Positions 38,320-49,100 of a DNA stretch of 53,846 nt are shown here, piece after piece. A program made the position numbers and the translations under genes. Source of the stretch: Nemertoderma westbladi (taxonomy: Eukaryota; Animalia; Xenacoelomorpha); assembly GCA_032718475.1 (NCBI GenBank), contig JAUCBJ010008937.1, positions 1-53,846 of the forward strand, in the 5' to 3' direction. Below the pieces are notes generated by a model that was not told the DNA's origin, searched no databases, and worked only from the letters and a program-made list of their open reading frames with translations. Numbering within the stretch: position 1 is the first letter of the stretch; every line of letters starts with the position of its first letter.

Positions 38320-38817
38320 CTAATCGATATCATCAGCTTTCGGAAAATTGTAGACAATTTCCTTGTCACTTAAAATTCGACCGCCTGTCTTTAGGAATAA
38401 CTTTGTAGTCGGAGTTATTATAGAACTCATCCCTTCTCTGCAAAGTTTCTCCAAGATCAGCGGCCTCAACTCTTCCACGGAATCAACCATAGCGACTTCC
38501 ATAACAACATCTGTTTGCGTAGTCTCGTCGTTAGGGTTGGCCATCACGGTCATGTGTATTTCCGCGACGCCTATCAAGACGTCCACTGAGTCGCCCTGTC
38601 TGACCCCGGCGTCCCATAAAACCGCCCGTTCTGTTAACTGCACGCCGTTGTATCGCACCAATGAGTTCCACGGTACCAGAGTGTGGTCGAAGTTGGAGAT
38701 ACTCACCTTCAACATCCAGACTGTTGTTGTTCGTCTGATCGACGTTTTTAATATGTCGTTTGTTGACAAGCGGACTTTAATGTCGAAATCGTCGATGTCG
38801 TCATCATCGAAAGACAT
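38320..38817 (-). CDS. Intronless 165-aa protein with probably two divergent ubiquitin-like (beta-grasp) domains and no C-terminal GG
   Basis: IKVRLST...TTVWMLKVSI...VRYNGVQLTERAVLWDAGVRQGDSVDVL and MEVAMVDSVEELRPLI...LFLKTGGRILSD match the ubiquitin fold pattern; GC-richer than its flanks. Confidence 0.65.
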   Translation of the reverse strand: MSFDDDDIDDFDIKVRLSTNDILKTSIRRTTTVWMLKVSISNFDHTLVPWNSLVRYNGVQLTERAVLWDAGVRQGDSVDVLIGVAEIHMTVMANPNDETTQTDVVMEVAMVDSVEELRPLILEKLCREGMSSIITPTTKLFLKTGGRILSDKEIVYNFPKADDID

Positions 38818-41494
38818 AACTATTCAGCTTAATATTATAAAAGCTCAAGGTGAGTGTTTCAGGTGCTATGTACGCACAGTACGTAATGTAATGACTTAAT
38901 ACCTAGTTTAGTATATTTTTTATTCAATGGGAAACTCATCTGGTGAAGTTTTCATTCATTTTAATCTCATAATTGGTGGATTTCATTAATTTTTCGTGGT
39001 GTTGATAATAAATTGTTAACATAAAGGTCAAAGTTGTTTATGAGAAAACAGAACAACAACAATAAATTAACTTTACACAGAAAAATTTAAAATCACTCCC
39101 GCCAACAATTTGATTACTATTACTGTATAATGAGATTTGAAATGTGGGAAATTTTATCCAGTTGAGTCTTATTAATTAACACAAGACAGTCAAAAGTCAA
39201 AACAACATAAACACAGATAAGAATAATGGTAATTCGACAAATAATTGTTTGTTTGAGAACATAATTTTAGTTGTAATTTATAGCTTACATGTTCTAGTTA
39301 GTACATTTGTAAAATTCTCGTTTGGTTTTTCAAAATTGCATAGGAATATTTAATTCTTTCACGATCTTCTTAAAATGGGTTTTCTTTTGACTTTCGTATT
39401 TTCACTGAGTGCTGTGGATCCCCTACCTAATAAATCATTTAAACAGCGAATAAAACTTAGGTACAAGTACTTAGGTAGTTTTACAAGTAAAATATACAAA
39501 CAATAAAGTTTAAAGTCGGCTGTATGTGGATCTAATTTACGTAAAAGTAAGGTTGCTGCTAGATTACTAAATTTAATATTTTTTATTTGTTTCTGTAGAA
39601 ACTGCCAATGCCCTGCCCTTGAAACTTAATTCAAAATCTTCAACGCAAAATACCACAGTGATGTGAAGGAACGTTCTTATAGGTCGCTCATTCCGGCAGA
39701 TATTGCATTATACCTTGTTTGGAAATATATAGTAAATGTTTTAACTGATTCGGGTTGGTAATATTGTTGTTATCAATAATCCGATTGATACCAACTGGCA
39801 CCATTAATGATCTCCTAAAAGTGACCAAATTCTACCCTGGATAATGAATTTGTAAACAAAAGCGATACGTTTTTCGAACCTCCATTTGTGTGTTCCAGAA
39901 CGTTTTACTCACTATTACTGCAATGGAACTTTGCAAACCTTGGTTAATTTTAATACAGTATAATTATTACGATGGAATTGGTTCAACGCGGTACTACATG
40001 ACCTACCAAAACATTAACCCCCTCCATAAATTAAACACATCGCAGTCATTTCTTGTGATCGCATTGTTCTAGAACAATAATTAATTTATCTAATGAATGA
40101 AATGTAAATTTTCTAGAACTCTCGAACTCTTGTAAAATGCCTGGAGAATATTGAAAAAAAGTTCTACGTTTTTCCCCATGAAATACGTAATTTTATTTTT
40201 AAATTGGTACTTTTTTGTTGCTCAATTCTTTAATTAAAGATCGAGCGATATAGTGTTACTAAATAAATAGAACTGTAGTATTTTACTATAGTGTTTCCAT
40301 AGTTACTGCAATTACAATTATTGTACTCTTCAACTCCTGATGCTGACTTACTCAATGTTAAATAATTTAGTGTTCTAGAATATTTATTACGTAACTAGAG
40401 ACCCGCTTAACAACATAAACCAATATTGGATATAGATTTCCGTTTTGGAGTTCGCCTTGCAGACACTAAAGTACAGTAGCAGTAACTTTTGAGTGTGTTC
40501 ATAGATTTTGCTAAAATTACGTGCAAACCTTTTCTACTTCGATGCTCTTTCAACACATGTAAATTCCACCAAAAATATTTTATTTTACTTTTTTTGCCAT
40601 CAATCGTATTGATTACTTTTTTCCCTTGGGTAAAATACTCCTTTTCCTCCCGATTTTGATGTATATTCGATCAAAAAAGTAACAATTCAAGAATAAATAA
40701 TTATTTTGGCCTCCTTATAATCCGCATTTTTCCTCGAAATAATAAAAGTATTTTTTCTAAAATAGTTCAAATCTTTCCACAACTTTTAATCAGCTCCCCT
40801 TTCTAGTTTCATTTCAACTAATTCAGAACACAAATTGGGGATTATAAAACTCGATGGGGGGTGTAATTGCCGATTACGCCCCTTTCCACTTACGGAATAT
40901 ATCAGGTAGAATTACTTGAGTAGCGATGGGCTTAGTTGGGTGACTATGTTACCTTTATATGGTAGACACCCTTAGGGTAAAGGCGAGTAAGTAGCAAAGA
41001 ATTAGCATATTTTTGGGCGCCCCAGCTTCAGAACTTTCCGACCATAAAAGTAGTGGGCAATGGTTCCCCGGCGTTAGGATTAATTGGGAACTGGATGTAT
41101 CGAAACTATCAAACAGGCTAAAGGTAATCCTTGTTTGATAATTTGGTTTGCGTTAATTTCTTAATACATTAGAGTTTACCAGGTATCGTTGGTAATTCTC
41201 TCCAAGGTATTATTCCCTCGCTGCTTTTTATGGGCAGTTTCTGGACCTTTTAACTATTTCATGTGTTTTTTCCCCAAGCTTTGTTTTATTAATTTTCCCT
41301 AACTTTTTTTACTTCTCTAACTTTTATTCAAATGAGATATAATATCAATCAATGTTCATGGAATTAGAGAGTTGGGCTCATTATGTTTGTTGATTTTAAG
41401 TGAGATGGTGTACTAGTTACTAGCCAAGTTACCTCTTTTACAGTATTACAGTCAATACATTTTCTATCGGTTTGTTGTAGCTATATAAGGCGAA

Positions 41495-41653
41495 CATTAA
41501 AAAATCCGGCCAAGACAGCATAATAAAAGGTACCGATCTATCATATAAAAATCGTAGCATTCGATTGGAATTTGCAAAAAAATATGGAGGGAGGGTCTCC
41601 TCCGTCCAACCTACTAAAAAATGTTGTACTTAATCTCATGATGTGATGGTGTA
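41495..41653. mobile_element. Single arm of the TACACCATC MITE family
   Basis: aaaaatccggcca...aaaaggt..cgatctatcat...gatggtgta matches 11735-11884. Confidence 0.6.
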
Positions 41654-41771
41654 ATTCGTCTCAAAACCAGAATTATTTGCAAATTTAATTTCTAGAACAT
41701 TAAAAGGAATTATCTTGTACTGGTGTCGGTCTACTGTTTTCTGTTTACAGTTTACAGGTTTATAGTGGTTT

Positions 41772-43470
41772 ATGGTTATTTACTCCTTCAAAGAAATAGC
41801 GCGGTACTTTAAACTCAACCAATTAAAAGATATTGATAGAATAAAGAATATATTTGTGAAACGTTTGCTTGGTCTCCATAAAAACGCATCAGCTACCCTG
41901 GCATTACACCTAGTTAATGAAAAAATCTTCGTGCTCTCTATTTTAGAACGTTATCCTCAGATATTTAACCAAGAAGTGATTAATAGATATACCCAATTTA
42001 GAGACGAACGTGAGGAAAACTTTGCTACAGAGGGATATCTTAATGGCCCTGCCTTCCAGACCGACATTTGGAAGTCAAGTGGGCAGAAAAACCCCATGTG
42101 GTAACGCGGGTAACTGCCCATGGATTCCACCATAAACTCTTCAATCGTATAGTCTCCTTCCACAACCTGTCCCAATCGTATAGCCTCCTTCTACGACCTG
42201 TCCCAATCGTATAGCCTCCTTCCACGACCTGTCCCAATCGTATAGCCACCTTCCACGACCTCTCCCAATCGTATAGCCTCCTTCCACGACCTGTCCCAAT
42301 GGTATAGCCTCCTTCCACGACCTGTCCCAATCGTATAGCCTCCTTCCACGACCTGTCCCAATCGTATAGCCTCCTTCCACGACCTGTCCCAATCGTATAG
42401 CCTCCTTCCACGACCTGTCCCAATCGTATAGCCTCCTTCCACGACCTGTCCCAATCGTATAGCCTCCTTCCACGACCTGTCCCAATCGTATAGCCTCCTT
42501 CCACGACCTGTCCCAATCGTATAGCCTCCTTCCACGACCTGTCCCAATCGTATAGCCTCCTTCCACGACCTGTCCTAATCGTATAGCCTCCTTCCACGAC
42601 CTGTCCCAATCGTATAGCCTCCTTCCACGACCTGTCCCAATCGTATGGTCTCCTTCCACGACCTGTCCCAATCGTATAGCCTCCTTCCACGACCTGTCCC
42701 AATCGTATAGCCTCCTTCCACGACCTGTCCCAATCGTATGGCCTCCTTCCACGACCTCTCCCAATCGTATAGCCTCCTTCCACGACCTGTCCCAATGGTA
42801 TAGCATCCTTCCACGACCTGTCCCAATCGTATAGCCTCCTTCCACGACCTGTCCCAGTCGTATAGCCTCCTTCCACGACCTGTCCCAATCGTATAGCCTC
42901 CTTCCACGACCTTTCCCAATCGTATAGCCTCCTTCCACGACCTGTCCCAATCGTATAGCCTCCTTCCACGACCTGTCCCAATCGTATAGCCTCCTTCCAC
43001 GACCTGTCCCAATCGTATAGCCTCCTTCCACGACCTGTCCTAATCGTATAGCCTCCTTCCACGACCTGTCCCAATCGTATAGCCTCCTTCCACGACCTGT
43101 CCCAATCGTATAGTCTCCTTCCACGACCTGTCCCAATCGTATAGCCTCCTTCCACGACCTGTCCCAATCGTATAGCCTCCTTCCACGACCTGTCCCAATC
43201 GTATAGCCTCCTTCCACGACCTGTCCCAATCGTATAGCCTCCTTCCACGACCTGTCCCAATCGTATAGCCTCCTTCCACGACCTGTCCCAATCGTATAGC
43301 CTCCTTCCACGACCTGCCCCCCCCCCCCCCCCGAATGTATCTGTCGGTACTGCGGGGAATGCTGTGCCGATCGCTACCACAACATAAGCTGCTCGGTCTG
43401 CCCACCCATCGCCACCTTTCTCAACTATGACGTAATTCTGTTTAAATATTTATATCGCCAATAAGTGTAA
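41772..43470 (+). mobile_element. 3' relic of a non-LTR retrotransposon ORF2 (copy B), interrupted by the 31-bp minisatellite
   Basis: The left flank reads ...FVKRLLGLHKNAS...EGYLNGPAFQTDIWK/VTRVTAHGFHHKLFNRIVSFH and the right flank reads ECICRYCGECCADRYHNISC (Cys/His finger), followed by AATAAA. Confidence 0.75.
42143..43317. repeat. 31-bp minisatellite (CGACCTGTCCCAATCGTATAGCCTCCTTCCA)n, ~38 units
   Basis: Directly visible; ~2.5 further units at 45654-45727. Confidence 0.97.
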
Positions 43471-43828
43471 ATAAAGTTTTAATTTCAGTAAATTTATGTG
43501 TTTATGTTCGATTTAATGTAATAGTAAAAGTGATAATTTACCCGGAACGGGGTGTAATGAAAAACATTTTTTTTAATAATATAAATTTTTAAAATAAAAG
43601 CAATAATTTTTATGTTACCAATTTTTTAAGCAATATTTTTTTTATTTGTTTAATTCAATTCTTTATTTGTAATAATTTCCAAAAAATAATAGTTAACGAT
43701 TAACCAATTATAGTGAATTTTAATTCTTAAATTACCAATAATCGACGGGCTTGGCGACCAGCATATACATTAATTATCTCATCTGGTGTGAGTTTAATAT
43801 CTTTGTGACAGTAAAGTCAGACCAGTTA

Positions 43829-45305
43829 CTACTACTAGGATCGGCATGCTGCATTGCAGCTGCATTTTTAAGAATGCTGTGCCGGCTTGTCAACAAAATT
43901 GCACCGCCACAACTCCCTATCACCCATGACATTTGCTAGATCATCCGCATCTTTAAGGCCAGTGTCCTTTAAGATGCGTCTCAAGAAAGTCATGGTCTGT
44001 CCACCATGCTTATTCATTCCATGAGGCTGCCAAAGTACAAGATTATGCACTGGCTGGTTCACACGGCGAAAGCAATGTCCTGCAAAGCGGAGGCGATTTT
44101 GTTCTAGTGTCAGGCTTGGGGGAACCAATGAGACACCTACAATGTTATATAGTGTCTGGTTGGAGATGTGTGCATTGTACTTGACATAATGAACCCGGCG
44201 TAGCATTCTTGTGAATGTGCCATCCAGAGATTTGGTGTCCTCGGCAGTTAGAGCCCAGCATGGACTCCCGTAGAGGAGTACTGGAACTACTGCTGCTCTA
44301 AATAATCGGACCTTAAGTTTCCGATTAATTCTCGGTGACTTCCAAATCCTGGAAAGCCTATTCAAGGCTGCCCATGCCTTTCCCTTACGTATTCGAAGGT
44401 CCTCACCTGACTTCCGGATCCATGATCCCAGGTAACAGAAGTCGTCCACATGCTCAAGCATACCATCCTTTGAGCTTATGCTCATCCGATCAGAGACTTG
44501 CTGAGGACTTTCAAAGTTAACTGTCAGAATTTTGGTCTTTCTGGAGTTAATAAAAATACCAACACTAGAAGCAGCATGTTCTAATGAGCTGAGGAGCCGT
44601 TGGGCTCCCTCTAATGATTCTGAGAGTACTCCTAAGTCATCAGCAAAGTCTAGATCAGTTAGGTACTTGGCAGGATTTCCTCGACTTCTGGAGCCAGTAG
44701 GTGGAGTTATCATCACCCCATCATCATTATAATGATCTAAGGACATGCGTAGAACATAGTCAACCACAATAATGAACAAGAATGGTGCAAGTGTGTCTCC
44801 TTGGAGGACGCCCCATAACACTTCAAATGGTTCTGTGTCACCGTCACCAGTAGACACAAATGTTGTCGAACCATCGTATACTGATCTGATTGCTGCAATA
44901 ATTTCATCAGGAATCCCATATAATGAAAGTATGCTGAACATACGTGAGCGAGAGACTGAATCAAAGGCCTTGAAGAAGTCAACAAAGATAACAGCCAGAT
45001 GCCTGTCTTTCTTTTTTGATAACTCTTCAATTATCCTTCTAAGTGCCAAAATGGGCTCCATGGTCCCACGACCTTTACGGAACCCATTCTGATTTCCACG
45101 GAGCAGTCTCTCAATGGGATCCCTGATGCGATTTAATATAATTCTATTGTATAGCTTTGCAGCAATCGAGATCAATGAGATTCCCCGAAAAGAACCATAG
45201 AGTGTTAGGTTGCCCTTCTTGGGAACTGGCACCAACTTATTTGTTTTCATTTCTTGTGGGACTCTTGTTGTTCGGTACATGTCTACTATGATGGGGTCTA
45301 TATGT
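43829..45305 (-). mobile_element. 5'-truncated RTE-like LINE with an uninterrupted 470-aa RT/C-terminal ORF (43868-45280)
   Basis: Full RT motif set including NQNGFRKGR, QGDTLAP and LDFADD; (TAG)n tail at 43829-43840; highly similar to the copy at 4560-6482. Confidence 0.93.
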
Positions 45306-45307
45306 AC

Positions 45308-45617
45308 TTAGTCGGGGTTGTGTCATTGAGTTTAATATCTTTGTGAATGGACAGTAAAGTCAGACCAGTTAGTCCGGGTTGTGTCATTGAGTTTAATATC
45401 TTTGTGAATGGACAGTAAAGTCAGACCAGTTAGTCGGGGTTGTGTCATTGAGTTTAATATCTTTGTGAATGGACAGTAAAGTCAGACCAGTTAGTCCGGG
45501 TTGTGTCATTGAGTTTAATATCTTTGTGAATGGACAGTAAAGTCAGACCAGTTAGTCGGGGTTGTGTCATTGAGTTTAATATCTTTGTGAATGGACAGTA
45601 AAGTCAGACCAGTTAGT
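45308..45617. repeat. 61-bp satellite, 5 units distal to the LINE insertion
   Basis: Same unit as 46127-51623. Confidence 0.95.
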
Positions 45618-45653
45618 CTTAGTCTTCTACTTTTACTTCCAGTACTCTAGTAC

Positions 45654-46165
45654 TTCCACGACCTGTCCCAATCGTATAGCCTCCTTTCACGACCTGTCCC
45701 AATAGTATAGCCTCCTTCCACGACCTGCCCCCCCCCCCCCCCCCCCCCCGAATGTATCTGTCGGTACTGCGGGGAATGCTGTGCCGATCGCTACCACAAC
45801 ATAAGCTGCTCGGTCTGCCCACCCATCGCCACCTTTCTCAACTATGACGTAATTCTGTTTAAATATTTATATCGCCAATAAGTGTAAATAAAGTTTTAAT
45901 TTCAGTAAATTTATGTGTTTATGTTCGATTTAATGTAATAGTAAAAGTGATAATTTACCCGGAACGGGGTGTAATGAAAAAATTTTTTTTTAATAATATA
46001 AATTTTTAAAATAAAAGCAATAATTTTTATTAACGATTAACCAATTATAGTGAATTTTAATTATTAAATTACCAATAATCGACGGGCTTGGCGACCAGCA
46101 TATACATTAATTATCTCATCTGGTGTGAGTTTAATATCTTTGTGACAGTAAAGTCAGACCAGTTA
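45654..46165 (+). repeat. Local duplicate of ~43245-43828 (31-mers, LINE finger, AT-rich spacer, hAT C-terminus, first 61-mer)
   Basis: Near-identical sequence; this copy lacks ~80 bp (about 43613-43692). Confidence 0.92.
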
Positions 46166-49100
46166 GTCGGGGTTGTGTCATTGAGTTTAATATCTTTGTG
46201 AATGGACAGTAAAGTCAGACCAGTTAGTCCGGGTTGTGTCATTGAGTTTAATATCTTCGTGAATGGACAGTAAAGTCAGACCAGTTAGTCGGGGTTGTGT
46301 CATTGAGTTTAATATCTTTGTGAATGGACAGTAAAGTCAGACCAGTTAGTCGGGGTTGTGTCATTGTGTTTAATATCTTTGTGAATGGACAGTAAAGTCA
46401 GACCAGTTAGTTGGGGTTGTGTCATTGTGTTTAATATCTTCGTGAATGGACAGTAAAGTCAGACCAGTTAGTCGGGGTTGTGTCATTGAGTTTAATATCT
46501 TTGTGAATGGACAGTAAATCCAGACCAGTTAGTCGGGGTTGTGTCATTGAGTTTAATATCTTCGTGAATGGACAGTAAAGTCAGACCAGTTAGTCGGGGT
46601 TGTGTCATTGAGTTTAATATCTTTGTGAATGGACAGTAAAGTCAGACCAGTTAGTCGGGGTTGTGTCATTGTGTTTAATATCTTCGTGAATGAACAGTAA
46701 AGTCAGACCAGTTAGTCGGGGTTGTATCAATGAGTATAATATCTTTGTGAATGGACAGTAAACCCAGACCAGTTAGTCGGGGTTGTGTCATTGTGTTTAA
46801 TATCTTCGTGAATGGACAGTAAAGTCAGACCAGTTAGTCGGGGTTGTATCATTGAGTTTAATATCTTTGTGAATGGACAGTAAATCCAGACCAGTTAGTC
46901 GGGGTTGTGTCATTGAGTTTAATATCTTTGTGAATGGACAGTAAATCCAGACCAGTTAGTCGGGGTTGTGTCATTGAGTTTAATATCTTTGTGAATGGAC
47001 AGTAAAGTCAGACCAGTTAGTCGGGGTTGTGTCATTGAGTTTAATTAATATCTTTGTGAATGGACAGTAAAGTCAGACCAGTTAGTCGGGGTTGTGTCAT
47101 TGAGATTAATATCTTTGTGAATGGACAGTAAAGTCAGACCAGTTAGTCGGGGTTGTGTCATTGAGTTTAATATCTTTGTGAATGGACAGTAAAGTCAGAG
47201 CAGTTAGTCGGGGCTGTGTCATTGAGTTTAATATCTTTGTGAATGGACAGTAAAGTCAGACCAGTTAGTCGGGGTTGTGTCATTGAGTTTAATGTCTTTG
47301 TGAATGGACAGTAAATCCAGACCAGTTAGTCGGGGTTGTGTCATTGAGTTTAATATCTTTGTGAATGGACAGTAAACCCAGACCAGTTAGTCGGGATTGT
47401 GTCATTGAGTTTAATATCTTTGTGAATGGGCAGTAAAGTCAAACCAGTTAGTCGGGTTTGTGTCATTGAGTTTAATATCTTTGTGAATGGACAGTAAACC
47501 CAGACCAGTTAGTCGGGGTTGTGTCATTGTGTTTAATATCTTCGTAAATGGACAGTAAAGTCAGACCAGTTAGTCGGGGTTGTATCATTGAGTTTAATAT
47601 CTTTGTGAATGGACAGTAAATCCAGACCAGTTAGTCGGGGTTGTGTCATTGAGTTTAATATCTTTGTGAATGGACAGTAAATCCAGACCAGTTAGTCGGG
47701 GTTGTGTCATTGAGTTTAATATCTTTGTGAATGGACAGTAAAGTCAGACCAGTTAGTCGGGGTTGTGTCATTGAGTTTAATTAATATCTTTGTGAATGGA
47801 CAGTAAAGTCAGAGCAGTTAGTCGGGGTTGTGTCATTGAGTTTAATATCTTTGTGAATGGACAGTAAAGTCAGACCAGTTAGTCGGGGTTGTGTCATTGA
47901 GTTTAATATCTTTGTGAATGGACAGTAAATCCAGACCAGTTAGTCGGGGTTGTGTCATTGAGTTTAATATCTTTGTGAATGGACAGTAAATCCAGACCAG
48001 TTAGTCGGGGTTGTGTCATTGAGTTTAATATCTTTGTGAATGGACAGTAAACCCAGACCAGTTAGTCGGGATTGTGTCATTGAGTTTAATATCTTTGTGA
48101 ATGGACAGTAAACCCAGACCAGTTAGTCGGGGTTGTGTCATTGAGTTTAATATCTTTGTGAATGGACAGTAAAGTCAGACCAGTTAGTCGGGGTTGTGTC
48201 ATTGAGTTAAAAAATCTTTGTGAATGGACAGTAAAGTCAGACCAGTTAGTCGGGGTTGTGTCATTGAGTTTAATATCTTTGTGAATGGACAGTAAATCCA
48301 GACCAGTTAGTCGGGATTGTGTCATTGAGTTTAATATCTTTGTGAATGGACAGTAAAGTCAGACCAGTTAGTCGGGGTTGTGTCATTGAGTTTAATATCT
48401 TCGTGAATGGACAGTAAATCCAGACCAGTTAGTCGGGGTTGTGTCATTGAGTTAAAAAATCTTTGTGAATGGACAGTAAATCCAGACCAGTTAGTCGGGG
48501 TTGTGTCATTGAGTTTAATATCTTTGTGAATGGACAGTAAAGTCAAACCAGTTAGTCGGGTTTGTGTCATTGAGTTTAATATCTTTGTGAATGGACAGTA
48601 AAGTCAGACCAGTTAGTCGGGGTTGTGTCATTGAGTTTAATATCTTTGTGAATGGACAGTAAATCCAGACCAGTTAGTCGGGGTTGTGTCATTGAGTTTA
48701 ATATCTTTGTGAATGGACAGTAAAGTCAGACCAGTTAGTCGGGGTTGTGTCATTGAGTTTAATATCTTTGTGAATGGACAGTAAAGTCAGACCAGTTAGT
48801 CGGGGTTGTGTCATTGAGTTTAATATCTTTGTGAATGGACAGTAAATCCAGACCAGTTAGTCGGGGTTGTGTCATTGAGTTTAATATCTTTGTGAATGGA
48901 CAGTAAATCCAGACCAGTTAGTCGGGGTTGTGTCATTGAGTTTAATATCTTTGTGAATGGACAGTAAAGTCAGACCAGTTAGTCGGGTTTGTGTCATTGA
49001 GTTTAATATCTTTGTGAATGGACAGTAAATCCAGACCAGTTAGTCGGGGTTGTGTCATTGAGTTTAATATCTTTGTGAATGGACAGTAAATCCAGACCAG

